From an uncultured Trueperaceae bacterium (GTDB lineage: Bacteria; Deinococcota; Deinococci; Deinococcales; Trueperaceae): DNA of 64,000 bases. Within the stretch, counting starts at the first letter, position 1, and each line of letters starts with the position of its first letter. The stretch spans positions 512,001 to 576,000 of the forward strand of contig CAWCXJ010000006.1 in NCBI GenBank assembly GCA_963799485.1, in the 5' to 3' direction. Under the pieces are notes generated by a model, which saw only the letters and a list, made by a program, of their open reading frames with translations, searched no databases and was not told where the DNA came from. Both the position numbers and the translations under genes were made by a program. Below are positions 9,858 to 22,900 of the stretch, one piece after another.

Positions 9858-11405
9858 GTGAAACACGCCCCGGTCAAAGTTTTTCCGGCAACACGCCGCT
9901 GGCTCGACCTGTCGGACTTGGGCTTCGTTTACGGCGTCCTCTGCGCGTTCTCACTGGTGCTGATTAACCCCTGGGGGCGGCCACGGGGTGAAGTCTGGAC
10001 CGACCCGAAGGTCTACGCCGTCATTGCGCTGGCACTTCTAACCTGGAGCGTGCTGCTCGTTCAGCTGGTGCGTTTCGTTTTGCAACGCTTTGGTCGTGGG
10101 CGTCTGTCTCGGTTTTACCCCCCGCCCGCGTGGGGTTGGGCGGCATTTTTGTGGGCGCTATATTTGGGTTTCGGTCTCCTCAGCGTCTACTTCAGTCCCG
10201 TCCGCGCCGACAACGCGCTAATGCCGAATAACGAGATGGGCGACGGCTGGGTCTACTGGGCTTACGTCGCCGCGTTTGTCCTCGGCAACGCGCTCGTCCT
10301 CAAGCGTTTTCCGGGGCTCTTTAAGGCGCAGCTTTACGGTTTTTTGGTCGCCGGACTCCTGACGAGCCTCGCCGTCGTTGCCCAAACTATCGACTGGCGG
10401 CTCGATTTTACTAAAACGATGGGCAAGGTCGCCTCGGAAAACTTCGGGGGTGTGCTCTACAGCAACATTTACGGCGGTCAAATGCCGATTGGTTTCACCT
10501 CGCACCGGGGACACGCGGCTTTTATCGTCGCGGCGCTAGCCGTGCTCGTCCTCGTCTGTCTGGCAAGGGGCTGGCTTGCCAAACGCTACGGCTGGCCGCT
10601 CTACCTGCTGATGCTGGGGAGCGTTTACCTGACCGCGACGCGGGGGGCGCAGGCAGCGTTTATCGGCGGTATGGTCTATCTGCTCGTCCGCTTCTGGCGC
10701 TCCCCGAAAGCTAGGCGCGTTGTTTTGCTGGCGCTTGTACCGCTCATCGTCGGTGGGGCCGGGTTGCTCGGTGCGGTGCTTCTAGGTGCGCCCAACGCTA
10801 CCCGGTCTTTGCCGCCGCTGGCGATGCTGAGCAGCAATCCCGGCGCGTTTACCTCGTTTCGGCTGGACTACTGGCGTATTGCCGTAGACGGGATTCGTGA
10901 ACGGCCTCTGCTGGGTTGGGGTTATAACGGCTTTGGTCTGGCGTTTCCCTACGTCAACGATTTTGAACGGAAGTTCAAGCGCAACCTCGCGCTGCGTGAC
11001 GGCAAAGCCGTTGAAATCGAGACGCTCCGGGGTACCGACCACTACTACTTTCGCTATATCGGTACGGACGGGCTTTTGTACCTCGGACGGGTACTGTCCA
11101 ACAAAGCGCACAACCTCGTTTTGGATGTCTGGGTCTCGTTGGGTCTGGGTGGCCTCATTACCTACCTGCTCCTCTTCGGCGTCTTTCTATGGGTGACGGC
11201 GCGGGGTGAGGGGTGGGGTCTCGAGGCCGTGGCAGTCGTTTATCTGGTCTACACGCTGACCTGGTTCGAGTCGGCACAGTTTAGCCACCTGACGTGGTGG
11301 GCGCTGTCGGCGGGCTTGGCGATGCAGCGGCTACCGCAGACCGTGGTTGCGCGTGCGCCGTTTACGCGCCGCTTTGGTACGCCAAACCAACCCAGCCGGA
11401 GCTAG
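9858..11405 (+). CDS. O-antigen ligase/Wzy_C-family membrane protein
   Basis: Many TM helices, LTATRGA, RLDYWRIAVDGIRERPLLGWG, KAHNLVLD. Confidence 0.85.
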   Translation: MKHAPVKVFPATRRWLDLSDLGFVYGVLCAFSLVLINPWGRPRGEVWTDPKVYAVIALALLTWSVLLVQLVRFVLQRFGRGRLSRFYPPPAWGWAAFLWALYLGFGLLSVYFSPVRADNALMPNNEMGDGWVYWAYVAAFVLGNALVLKRFPGLFKAQLYGFLVAGLLTSLAVVAQTIDWRLDFTKTMGKVASENFGGVLYSNIYGGQMPIGFTSHRGHAAFIVAALAVLVLVCLARGWLAKRYGWPLYLLMLGSVYLTATRGAQAAFIGGMVYLLVRFWRSPKARRVVLLALVPLIVGGAGLLGAVLLGAPNATRSLPPLAMLSSNPGAFTSFRLDYWRIAVDGIRERPLLGWGYNGFGLAFPYVNDFERKFKRNLALRDGKAVEIETLRGTDHYYFRYIGTDGLLYLGRVLSNKAHNLVLDVWVSLGLGGLITYLLLFGVFLWVTARGEGWGLEAVAVVYLVYTLTWFESAQFSHLTWWALSAGLAMQRLPQTVVARAPFTRRFGTPNQPSRS

Positions 11406-11406
11406 G

Positions 11407-12171
11407 GTGGAGCTGCGCGAACTTACCAGCATTGCCGAACTCCGGGCGTGCGAGAGGGTGCAGTGCAGTGTTTGGGATGAAGCGGTCCCGGAGGTCACCG
11501 CCGCGTCGTTTCGGGCCGCACAACATGCCGGGGCGCTCGTTGCCGGAGCATTTGAAGGGGAGGCGTTACTCGGCTTCGTCTACGGGTTTCCGTCGTATGT
11601 GGCTGGGCGCGTCGGTCAACACTCGCACCTCTTGGCGGTATTGCCGGAAGGGAGGGGCCGAGGCGTCGGGCAGGCGCTCAAGTGGTTTCAGCGCGACTGG
11701 TGTTTGGTCAGGGGCGTAACCCACGTCACCTGGACGTTCGACCCGTTGCAGGCAAAAAACGCAAACCTCAATCTCGAGCATCTCGGCGCGTTCGTCCAAT
11801 CCTACAAGGTAGATTTTTACGGCACGCTGGGAGGCAGCTTGAACGGTGACTTGCCGACCGACCGGCTCGTCGCCGAGTGGCCTCTGGAAGCGGAGCATAT
11901 TCGGGATTTGGCGGCAGGGGGGAAGAGGCCGACCGCAGAAAAGCCGTCTTGTGCGGGTTTGGTCTGTGGTGAAGACGGGGAACCGGAAGTTTTACCGGCA
12001 GGGGAAGAGCAGCGGGTGTGGCTCGAGCTACCCCCCCAAATCTCCCCCGCAACCGATTTCGATCACGCCCTGCGCTGGCGCTTGGCGCTCCGCAAAACGG
12101 CGTTGCCCCTGATTGAAAACGGCTACCGCGCAACCCGCTTTGTTGCGGGTGGATACGTTTTGGAAAACTAA
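11407..12171 (+). CDS. GNAT-family acetyltransferase
   Basis: HSHLLAVLPEGRGRGVGQALKWFQR, WTFDPLQAKNANLN, PTDRLVAEW. Confidence 0.85.
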   Translation: MELRELTSIAELRACERVQCSVWDEAVPEVTAASFRAAQHAGALVAGAFEGEALLGFVYGFPSYVAGRVGQHSHLLAVLPEGRGRGVGQALKWFQRDWCLVRGVTHVTWTFDPLQAKNANLNLEHLGAFVQSYKVDFYGTLGGSLNGDLPTDRLVAEWPLEAEHIRDLAAGGKRPTAEKPSCAGLVCGEDGEPEVLPAGEEQRVWLELPPQISPATDFDHALRWRLALRKTALPLIENGYRATRFVAGGYVLEN

Positions 12172-12180
12172 AAAACCGAA

Positions 12181-12203
12181 AAACCCGGCTTCGAACCGGG
12201 TTT
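12181..12203. terminator. Hairpin between convergent GNAT and cspA genes
   Basis: AAACCCGG...CCGGGTTT with an upstream A-run (U-tract for the minus strand). Confidence 0.7.
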
Positions 12204-12222
12204 ACGAGGCGTTTAGTTTGTT

Positions 12223-12477
12223 TTAGTAGCGTTCGCGTTGCGAACGCTGGGGGCGCGCCGAAGCGGGTGCGGCGTTCGTGACTTCGACGTTTTTGGCCTG
12301 CAAACCCTTCTGACCCTGTTCGACCTCGAACTCGACTTCATCGCCTTCGTTGAGGCTACGAAAACCACTCGCGCTGATCGCGGAAAAGTGACAAAATACG
12401 TCGGCCCCGCCGCCGTCTTGCTCGATAAACCCGAATCCTTTTTCGTTGCTGAACCACTTGACTCTACCTGTTGCCAT
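12223..12477 (-). CDS. cspA: Cold-shock protein
   Basis: [15 protein letters not shown] (RNP1), DVFCHFSAI (RNP2). Confidence 0.95.
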   Translation of the reverse strand: MATGRVKWFSNEKGFGFIEQDGGGADVFCHFSAISASGFRSLNEGDEVEFEVEQGQKGLQAKNVEVTNAAPASARPQRSQRERY

Positions 12478-12711
12478 TGTCTAACCCTTAGCCGCACGCC
12501 TGGAAACGTGCCGTGTAATTATGAGCGTTTCCGCTCACGCCCTTGCAGCTGTCGAGCCACTTAAGCAGCTTGAAGTATAGCGCGGGAGACCCTAAAAAGC
12601 AATTTGTTTTTTTATCCAAGTACACACCGCGAGTACACCGGGCAGCTGCGCCGAAAAACGTGCTGCGACAGCCGCTACTGCGCGCTGCACATGTGCGTGG
12701 TAAAACAAACC

Positions 12712-13863
12712 GTGACCGACCTTACCCAAACCGCGACGCGCATCTATCTCTCACCCCCGCACTTAAGCGGCGCTGAACGCACTTTTGTCACCGAAGCCTT
12801 CGACAGCAACTGGGTGGCACCTTTGGGCCCCAATGTAGACGGGTTCGAGCGCGATTTGGAGCGCTACACAGGCGCGGCGCACGCGGCGGCGCTCTCGTCG
12901 GGCACCGCGGCTTTGCACCTGGCTCTGATTCTGCTCGGCGTTGAAGCTGGAGATGAGGTTGTTTGCTCGAGCTTTACCTTTTCCGCATCGGCCAATCCAA
13001 TTGTTTACCAGGGCGCAGTGCCTGTTTTTGTAGGCAGTGAAGCCGACACCTGGAACATCGACCCGGCGGCGCTCGCTGAAGCGTTGGAAGACCGCCAGCG
13101 TCAGGGTAAACCGCCTAAAGCCGTGATTGTTGTTCACCTTTACGGGATGCCCGCAAAAATGACTGAAATTGTGGACATCTGCGCGCGTTACGGCGTCCCG
13201 CTGATTGAAGACGCCGCCGAGGCGCTCGGTTCGGCGTATTACGGTAAGGCGCTGGGCACTTTTGGCGCGTTCGGCGTCTTGTCGTTTAACGGCAATAAAA
13301 TCATCACCACGTCGGGCGGCGGCGCGCTTATTTCCGATAACGCCGAATGGGTTGCTCGAGCTAGATTTCTGGCAACGCAGGCCAGGGACCCCGCGCCGCA
13401 CTATCAGCACTCGCACATCGGTTACAACTACCGCCTGAGCAACATTTCAGCCGGTATCGGGCGCGGTCAGATGCAGGTTTTGGACGACCGGGTAGCCGCG
13501 AGACGCGCCAACACCGACCGTTACGCTGCGTTTTTCGCCGACTATGACGGCGTGACGATGCAAGACGAACCCGAAGGCATGTTCAGCAACCGCTGGCTCA
13601 CAACCATTTTGGTAGACCCGGCCAAGACCGGCGGCGTCACCCGCGAAGACCTGCGGCTGGCTTTAGACGCCGACAACATCGAGGCCCGGCCCCTCTGGAA
13701 ACCGCTGCACCTGCAGCCTGTGTTTGGGCACTATCCGTATTACGGCGACCGGCTTTCAGAACGGCTTTTCGAGCAGGGGCTTTGTCTACCGTCGGGGAGT
13801 AGCTTGACGGATGAGGAGTTTTGGCGGGTTACTGAGATCTTAGGGCGGGTGCTGGGGAGCTAG
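12712..13863 (+). CDS. DegT/DnrJ/EryC1/StrS nucleotide-sugar aminotransferase (EpsN/PglE-like)
   Basis: IYLSPPH, SSGTAALHLAL, IEDAAEALG, SFNGNKIITTSGGG (PLP lysine); start estimated. Confidence 0.92.
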   Translation: MTDLTQTATRIYLSPPHLSGAERTFVTEAFDSNWVAPLGPNVDGFERDLERYTGAAHAAALSSGTAALHLALILLGVEAGDEVVCSSFTFSASANPIVYQGAVPVFVGSEADTWNIDPAALAEALEDRQRQGKPPKAVIVVHLYGMPAKMTEIVDICARYGVPLIEDAAEALGSAYYGKALGTFGAFGVLSFNGNKIITTSGGGALISDNAEWVARARFLATQARDPAPHYQHSHIGYNYRLSNISAGIGRGQMQVLDDRVAARRANTDRYAAFFADYDGVTMQDEPEGMFSNRWLTTILVDPAKTGGVTREDLRLALDADNIEARPLWKPLHLQPVFGHYPYYGDRLSERLFEQGLCLPSGSSLTDEEFWRVTEILGRVLGS

Positions 13864-13917
13864 ACTTAACCTATTCAAAAAGTTGACAGCATATTTTTCG
13901 GCGTCTAAGCTGCGGGT

Positions 13918-14616
13918 GTGCTTGGTTCGCTGCTCGCTCTGTTAGGTTTAGCTCTACTCGATAGTATTAACCCGTCGGCGCTGGCGATGACTCTTTATCT
14001 GGTAACGACGGGCGCACGGGCGAGCCGGGTACTCACCTATATCGCGGCTGTATTTATCACCTATTTTGCCATTGGTTTGTCGCTGATGTTGGGGCTGACT
14101 GCGTTACTTGCCACGTTCCAAGGTGTTTTCGAAAGTACTGCAGCGTACATCGTGCAAGCTGTTATCGGCGGTGTCATGCTTATCTACTCTTTTTCGCCCA
14201 ACAAACGCGGACAGGAACAAGGCAAGCACGAACAAAGTACAGAGGTCGAGACGAAAGCGCCGCGTTCGCAGGGATTCGCGGCGATGTTTTTGCTCGGTGC
14301 GACGATTACCGTGGCGGAATTCCCGACAGCGTTCCCTTACCTTGGAGCTATCGGAATTTTGAACAGCCTCGAGCTACCCTTTTCGGGCTGGCTGCCGCTT
14401 CTGTTAGGCTACAACCTGATTTTCGTCGCGCCGCCCCTGCTGCTCTTTGGCGCTTACCGATTTTTGGGCAGCCGTTATAAAGGTTGGTTTGAACGCTACG
14501 AAAACCGCCTTAAGTACGAGGCTCGAGAGACGATGCTCTGGACGGTCGGGATCGTCGGATTTTTGCTTTTGGGAGACGCGCTAAGAAGGCTCGAGGTCTT
14601 TGGCTTACTGAGTTGA
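13918..14616 (+). CDS. GAP/Sap-family membrane protein
   Basis: LALLDSINP, EFPTAFPYLGAI, YNLIFVAP; about 6 TM helices. Confidence 0.75.
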   Translation: MLGSLLALLGLALLDSINPSALAMTLYLVTTGARASRVLTYIAAVFITYFAIGLSLMLGLTALLATFQGVFESTAAYIVQAVIGGVMLIYSFSPNKRGQEQGKHEQSTEVETKAPRSQGFAAMFLLGATITVAEFPTAFPYLGAIGILNSLELPFSGWLPLLLGYNLIFVAPPLLLFGAYRFLGSRYKGWFERYENRLKYEARETMLWTVGIVGFLLLGDALRRLEVFGLLS

Positions 14617-14739
14617 TGCAGTAAAGCCGATTGCGTCTAATCTTTTTTACGGTTGTACAGCTACAGGCAGACATAACCCATAGACGCTTATGTATAGGCT
14701 TTACCCTGAGAACTCCTAAAGGTTCGTTATACTCCCCTA

Positions 14740-15849
14740 ATGGCAGATTACTACGAGCTTCTAGGCGTCTCGCGTGAGACCGATGCGAACGGGATTAAAA
14801 CCTCCTACCGCAAACTCGCGCTCAAGTATCACCCCGACCGCAACCCCGGCGACCATGAAGCCGAAGAAACGTTCAAGCAACTTAACGAAGCCTACGCGGT
14901 GCTCTCCGACCCGGAGAAGCGCTCGCGCTACGACCGTTTCGGCTCTGCCGACCCGCAAGCACAGTTTTCCGGCGACATCTTCGACATCTTTTCGTCGGTG
15001 TTCGGCGGTGGTTTCGGCGCGGCTGGAGGCCGCGTACAGCGGGGACAACCGGGGGAAGACCTCGAGGCCAATCTTACCGTAACGCTCGAGGAGTCCCGTG
15101 AAGGTGCCGGGGTGCCTTTAGACCTCACACGTTTGGGCCTTTGCGACCGCTGCGACGGCTCACGCGCCGAACCGGGCAGCGAAGGGCGTAAAACCTGCCC
15201 GACGTGCCGGGGTGCCGGACAGGTACGGGCGCAAGCGCAGTCGTTTTTCGGGACGGTCGTCACCAATCAGCTGTGTCCGCAGTGCCGGGGCTTGGGTGAA
15301 ATCGTCACCACACCGTGCGGCAAGTGTATGGGCGCGGGCCGGATGAAGGTCGAAGACACCGTAACCGTCAAGCTGCCGCGCGGTATCGACGCGGGCTACC
15401 GGCTCCGGATTCCGCGTGCAGGCAACGTCGGCCTCGACGGAGCCCCGGCGGGCGACCTGTACGTGTACATCGACTTGGAGCCCCACGAACACCTCACCCG
15501 CGACGGTGACGACCTCCGCTACACCCTCCCGGTCGGCGTCGCGCAAGCTGCGCTCGGGAGCGCTTTTGAGGTTCCCACGTTGGACGACCCCGAAGCGGTC
15601 AACGTGCCGCCGGGGACGCAACCGGGCACCGAGTTTCGCTTGCGCGGCAAGGGGATGCCGCGCTTGCAAAGTATCGGCTTAGGCGACCTTATCGTGACGG
15701 CGCAGGTCGAAATCCCGAAAAAACTTTCGCCCAAAGCGCGAGAACTGATTGAAGCTTACGCCGACGAAACCGGCGAGACGTTGGAGGCCCACGAAACGCT
15801 TGGGCACCGTTTGCGGGGGCTTTTCGGTAAACGCAAAGTCGAGCGGTAA
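14740..15849 (+). CDS. dnaJ: Chaperone DnaJ
   Basis: J domain HPD, G/F region, four CxxCxGxG-type repeats. Confidence 0.97.
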   Translation: MADYYELLGVSRETDANGIKTSYRKLALKYHPDRNPGDHEAEETFKQLNEAYAVLSDPEKRSRYDRFGSADPQAQFSGDIFDIFSSVFGGGFGAAGGRVQRGQPGEDLEANLTVTLEESREGAGVPLDLTRLGLCDRCDGSRAEPGSEGRKTCPTCRGAGQVRAQAQSFFGTVVTNQLCPQCRGLGEIVTTPCGKCMGAGRMKVEDTVTVKLPRGIDAGYRLRIPRAGNVGLDGAPAGDLYVYIDLEPHEHLTRDGDDLRYTLPVGVAQAALGSAFEVPTLDDPEAVNVPPGTQPGTEFRLRGKGMPRLQSIGLGDLIVTAQVEIPKKLSPKARELIEAYADETGETLEAHETLGHRLRGLFGKRKVER

Positions 15850-15886
15850 ACGCGCGCACTACGGGCACAGGCCCGAAGCGCCATAG

Positions 15887-16399
15887 CTAGGGACAATTGG
15901 CGATAACTGGGATGTCTGCGGATGTGCGCGACTGGGTGCCACCGCTTGTTCCCTCGAGGGTTAGGTGGAGGTTTGCCGCACCGATGATTACAGGTTGGGG
16001 AACCGGAACGACAGCGATAACCTGGGGCGACAGGTTTTTTTCAGCTGTTTTGTAAGGTGCGAAGTAGGCGTCCATCACGTAGCTAACTTTGAATCCCGAA
16101 TCTTGGTAAGGGCTGACCCCTTGACTTCTAGGATCGAACGTCTGCATTCCCTTGATTTGTCCCAGCGTTCGACCTTGTAGGTACGACGTCCAGCGCTCTA
16201 TTCCCCCTTCATAACTAAACTTATATGTAAGCGTCGTCGGGCGGTTGTCACAGATGTACGACCTACCTGTATTCGACCCTCGGTAATTGGTGGTGTAGTC
16301 AAACTCGGTAATTCTCAGGTTGGGCGTCACCGGTCCGGGTTGAAAGACAATATTACAACCTGCCAGCAGGCCGACAAAGACGAGCAAAAAACGCTTCAT
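15887..16399 (-). CDS. Hypothetical lipoprotein
   Basis: Lipobox LLAG-C after MKRF plus hydrophobic stretch; AT-richer than flanks. Confidence 0.7.
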   Translation of the reverse strand: MKRFLLVFVGLLAGCNIVFQPGPVTPNLRITEFDYTTNYRGSNTGRSYICDNRPTTLTYKFSYEGGIERWTSYLQGRTLGQIKGMQTFDPRSQGVSPYQDSGFKVSYVMDAYFAPYKTAEKNLSPQVIAVVPVPQPVIIGAANLHLTLEGTSGGTQSRTSADIPVIANCP

Positions 16400-16489
16400 A
16401 GCGTACCTCTTCCGGCGTGGTTTACACGCCTGGTGATGCTCTACTCTAAAGGGCCAGCCTGAGCTTCATTATGACGCTAAGATGAAGTT

Positions 16490-17515
16490 TTACTTAGACT
16501 GGTTTTCTTCGTCAGGGCCTGAGGGGCCCAGTTCACCCAGAATAGTTTCTTTACCCTCAACGACAACAGCTTGACTTTTAAGTCGTTTGGGGAGCAACCG
16601 TTCGGCGACCCCCCGCCCCCGCGTCAGCGCGCCCGCGTAAAGTTCTTTCACCTCCGCTGCTGAAACCGTCTTGCCCTCGGTCGCCCAGACCGACGCCGCC
16701 GTTCCGATCACCTGGGTTCCGGCGTAGGCGACCGCGACTTTCGGCACGAGTCCCCAGACCGGAATCAGCCCGACGAGCCCCCGCGCCACCTGCCGAAAGA
16801 GCAGCCCGCCGCCCAGCACCCCGACGATTTCGACCATCAGCTCTTGCGGGCGACCTGTTCGGCCCGCCGCGAGCGCGACCTTGTAGGCCATTATCAGCTG
16901 GTTTTTACCCAGCACAACGGTATCGGCGACGTTGAGCGGAAGGTTGAGTACCGGGACGATTTCGGCGACGCCCGTACTCGCGGCGTAAAGGGCGTTCGCT
17001 CTGGCAGCTTCCTCGATAAGTCCGCGAATAACCGCCGGGCGAAAAACCGGGAGCTGTTTAGCGACGGCGAGGCGCAGTTTAGGCGAGAGGACGCGCAGGA
17101 TTTCCGGCACGAGCGTGCGGGCGACGGTTTCAGGCGTCAGCGCGTCCAAAACGACTCTGCCGACTTCACCGGGGTGAGGCAACTCGGCTCCAACTTGCGG
17201 CGTGGTGCCTTGCTCTATCAGGCACACGCTCAGCGTCGGGTTACGAGACGCGTTTTGCGGCGCTGCGAAGCCGCGTTGCACGTTGAGTCGCAGGTCTGCC
17301 GTTGCCGCAGCCGGTGACGCGACCACGTAGGGATGGACGCCGCTCCGCCCCACCGTCGCGCTGAGCAGTTCGGCGAGTTTGGCGGCAAGTTCGGCGTCGC
17401 CGGTTGGTAAAAGCGTAAAACGGCGGTCGGCCTCGTTTTTGATGGCCCCCAGATCGACCTCACGCACGAGCGAGAGCAGCCGGGTGGCGTAGAGGGGGCG
17501 GGAAAGCATCTTCAC
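16490..17515 (-). CDS. YcjF/DUF697-like protein
   Basis: ANALYAASTG, ADTVVLGKNQLIMAYKVA, KVAVAYAGT. Confidence 0.7.
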   Translation of the reverse strand: MKMLSRPLYATRLLSLVREVDLGAIKNEADRRFTLLPTGDAELAAKLAELLSATVGRSGVHPYVVASPAAATADLRLNVQRGFAAPQNASRNPTLSVCLIEQGTTPQVGAELPHPGEVGRVVLDALTPETVARTLVPEILRVLSPKLRLAVAKQLPVFRPAVIRGLIEEAARANALYAASTGVAEIVPVLNLPLNVADTVVLGKNQLIMAYKVALAAGRTGRPQELMVEIVGVLGGGLLFRQVARGLVGLIPVWGLVPKVAVAYAGTQVIGTAASVWATEGKTVSAAEVKELYAGALTRGRGVAERLLPKRLKSQAVVVEGKETILGELGPSGPDEENQSK

Positions 17516-17583
17516 AAACAGCCTCGAGTCATCCCTAGATTGTAAACGACTACGGACTATAAACGTCGGAGCTAGGAACCGAA

Positions 17584-17922
17584 CTAGAAATCGAAGTCGT
17601 CACGCCGGTTGCCGGGCCGGTTGAAGTTGTCGAACTCGTCTAGTGAACCGGGCTCGAGGTCTTGCTCGGGTGGGGAGACGGCGCGCACGGTCGGTCGGGG
17701 GGGCGACGGTTGCGGTGTGCGTGTTCTCGGCGGTTCGGGTTTGAGCGTAGCCTCGAGCCCGTCTCGTCTGGTGTTAAGGCGCGGTTTTGCCTCGTCATCC
17801 GGTTCATCTGCGCTGCGCCGTGGTCTAAAGGCGAACCAGAGCAGCAGCACGAGCAAAACGAGCCACAAAAAAGCCAGCAGCAACAAAAAGACGAGCGGGG
17901 AGAGCGAGAGGCTAAAATTCAT
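17584..17922 (-). CDS. Hypothetical single-TM protein with Pro-rich tail
   Basis: Leu-rich N-terminal TM helix; acidic C-terminus DDFDF. Confidence 0.6.
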   Translation of the reverse strand: MNFSLSLSPLVFLLLLAFLWLVLLVLLLWFAFRPRRSADEPDDEAKPRLNTRRDGLEATLKPEPPRTRTPQPSPPRPTVRAVSPPEQDLEPGSLDEFDNFNRPGNRRDDFDF

Positions 17923-17959
17923 AAACTAGCTGTATCTTACACAACATACGTGCTATGTG

Positions 17960-18940
17960 TCACCCGGTCAGCTCACCGTTTAAGAGCGACGCGAGCCACG
18001 TCGGTTCGACGTTGCCCCCGCTGACGAGCAGCACGGTCGGGCCGGGGTTAAGCGTGACACCCTGATAAGTGCCGCGCTCGAGCCGCCTATAGGCCGCGAG
18101 CGTGAGTGCGCCGGTCGGTTCGGCGACGAGTTTGGCTTCGGTCAGATACCAGCGGGTCGCCTCGATAATCTCTGCTTCACCGACTGTCACGATGCCCGCA
18201 ATCCGCTGCCGAATCAGCGAAAAGGGCAACGCGCCCAGGTTTTGCGTCCTTACCCCGTCGGCTACCGTGCGCGTGGTCAGGGCCGCGTCCCACTGTTCTA
18301 CGCGGCCCCCGGCAAGTGAAGCTTTGGCGTCCGCCGCGAGTTCGGGTTCGACGCCGATAATCCGGGCGTCGGGGCAAAGCGCGCGGAGCGCCGTGGTGAT
18401 CCCCGACAAGAGTCCGCCGCCGCCGACGCACACCAAGACGTTGGCGACCTCCGGCAAGTCGTGGGCGATCTCGAGCCCGGTCGTGCCCTGTCCCGCGACG
18501 ATCCACGGGTGATCGAAAGGCGGTACACGCGTGTAGCCGTGCGACTCGACCAACGCCTGACAGACGCGTTCACGCTCAATACTCGAGTTTTCGCACCTGA
18601 CGACCTCTGCGCCCCACGCGCGCGTCCGGGTCACTTTGACGGGCGGCGCATTTTTGGGAATGACAATTGTTGCCGGGACGCCGAAAAGGTGCGCGGCGCA
18701 GGCGACGCCCTGCGCGTGGTTACCGCTCGAGTCGGCCACCACACCCTTCGCCCGAACCTCATCGGACAAACTCGCCAGAAAGTTATACGCGCCGCGCAGC
18801 TTGAACGAACCGGTCAGTTGCAGGTTTTCGGCCTTGGCGTAAAGACCTGGTGCTAGCACGAGCAGCGGCGTGCGGCGGGCCGTTCCCCGAATCCGCGCCG
18901 CCGCCGCTTCGATATCACTAAGAGAAACCGTCTGCTGCAT
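17960..18940 (-). CDS. Threonine/serine dehydratase (PLP fold II)
   Basis: KAENLQLTGSFKLRGA, SSGNHAQG, VGGGGL, VSGGN. Confidence 0.92.
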   Translation of the reverse strand: MQQTVSLSDIEAAAARIRGTARRTPLLVLAPGLYAKAENLQLTGSFKLRGAYNFLASLSDEVRAKGVVADSSGNHAQGVACAAHLFGVPATIVIPKNAPPVKVTRTRAWGAEVVRCENSSIERERVCQALVESHGYTRVPPFDHPWIVAGQGTTGLEIAHDLPEVANVLVCVGGGGLLSGITTALRALCPDARIIGVEPELAADAKASLAGGRVEQWDAALTTRTVADGVRTQNLGALPFSLIRQRIAGIVTVGEAEIIEATRWYLTEAKLVAEPTGALTLAAYRRLERGTYQGVTLNPGPTVLLVSGGNVEPTWLASLLNGELTG

Positions 18941-18974
18941 AGCGCTGAGTTTACGCGAATACCGGTGTGTGAAG

Positions 18975-19610
18975 CTAGTTTGGCTTACGCGGCACGGGTA
19001 GCTCGAGGCCCAGATAACGGCTTCCGGTTCTAAGTAACAGCGTCACGAAAATACCGGCAACGAGCGCCAAGTTTGCGTCGGCGGCGTAGAGGAGAAATAC
19101 GACAAAGGCACCGCACGCCGCCGCCGACGCGTAAAGGTCGCCGCTACGGTACAAGATGCCCGGAACCTGCCCGGTCAAGAGGTCGCGCAGGACGCCGCCG
19201 CCGACGCCGGAAACGGCCCCGATAAAGACCACTCCCCAGAGCCCGAGTCCGGCTCCCAAACCACGCTCCGCGCCGAGCGCCGCAAAAAGCGCCAGTCCCA
19301 GCGTATCGAGACCGTAAAGGAGCCGCCCTTCGTGCAGGTAACGGTGCAGAAAAAAAACGGCTACGGCTACGAGTGCAATCCCCCACAACAACCCCTCGTC
19401 TTGCAGCGCAGTCGGGGGCAAGATGCCTACCAAAATGTCGCGCACCCCGCCGCCGCCAACGGCAGTTACTGCCGCGAGGACGAGGACGCCGAGCAGGTCG
19501 AAGTTGCGCCGCACCGCGATGAGCGCCCCGGTTGCCGCGAAGGTCAGCGTCCCGAGCCAAACAAGCGTTTGTAAAAGCGTCACGCCGTTATCTCCCACCG
19601 AGGCTGCCAC
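18975..19610 (-). CDS. Trimeric intracellular cation channel (UPF0126) protein
   Basis: Duplicated TAVGGGGVRD / SGVGGGVLRD motifs. Confidence 0.9.
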   Translation of the reverse strand: MAASVGDNGVTLLQTLVWLGTLTFAATGALIAVRRNFDLLGVLVLAAVTAVGGGGVRDILVGILPPTALQDEGLLWGIALVAVAVFFLHRYLHEGRLLYGLDTLGLALFAALGAERGLGAGLGLWGVVFIGAVSGVGGGVLRDLLTGQVPGILYRSGDLYASAAACGAFVVFLLYAADANLALVAGIFVTLLLRTGSRYLGLELPVPRKPN

Positions 19611-20008
19611 ACGCCCGTAAGCTTAACGTGTAGCAGCAAAAACGTGTACCGGTAAAAATGTTTACCGCTCGAGTAGCCAAAGCCACGTTTGACCGAATTT
19701 CATTTCGACAAGCCTTCAAAAGCGGGTACCTAAAAGCTATACCCGAACCTTTGGGCCGAGGCAAGGTGCTAAGAGGTGCTAAGCTGCTCTTTGTAGCGTC
19801 TTTCGCAAGCTCTGCTGTGTGTCGTTTTTCGTAACGGTTACCCCGTCCCCCCAGGGTAGTCGCGCGGTACAGTTAGGGGCGGAACAGGGCTTTTCAGAGC
19901 CTGCTGGTAGCCAGCCCCTCGAGCATCCGCGCCGGCTCGAGCTAAACCTATAAACGCGCTGCAGGTACCGCGTCGTGAGCGCAAGGAAGGGTAACCAAGA
20001 AGACGTTT

Positions 20009-22873
<2,865 letters not shown>

Positions 22874-22900
22874 GATGTCCCTGCTAAGGATAGGGGAGAT

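Noticed and set aside
19620..20008. Long sucA upstream region with small hairpins and an AGGTGCTAAG tandem repeat
   Set aside because: No recognisable RNA motif; could not be distinguished from ordinary promoter DNA
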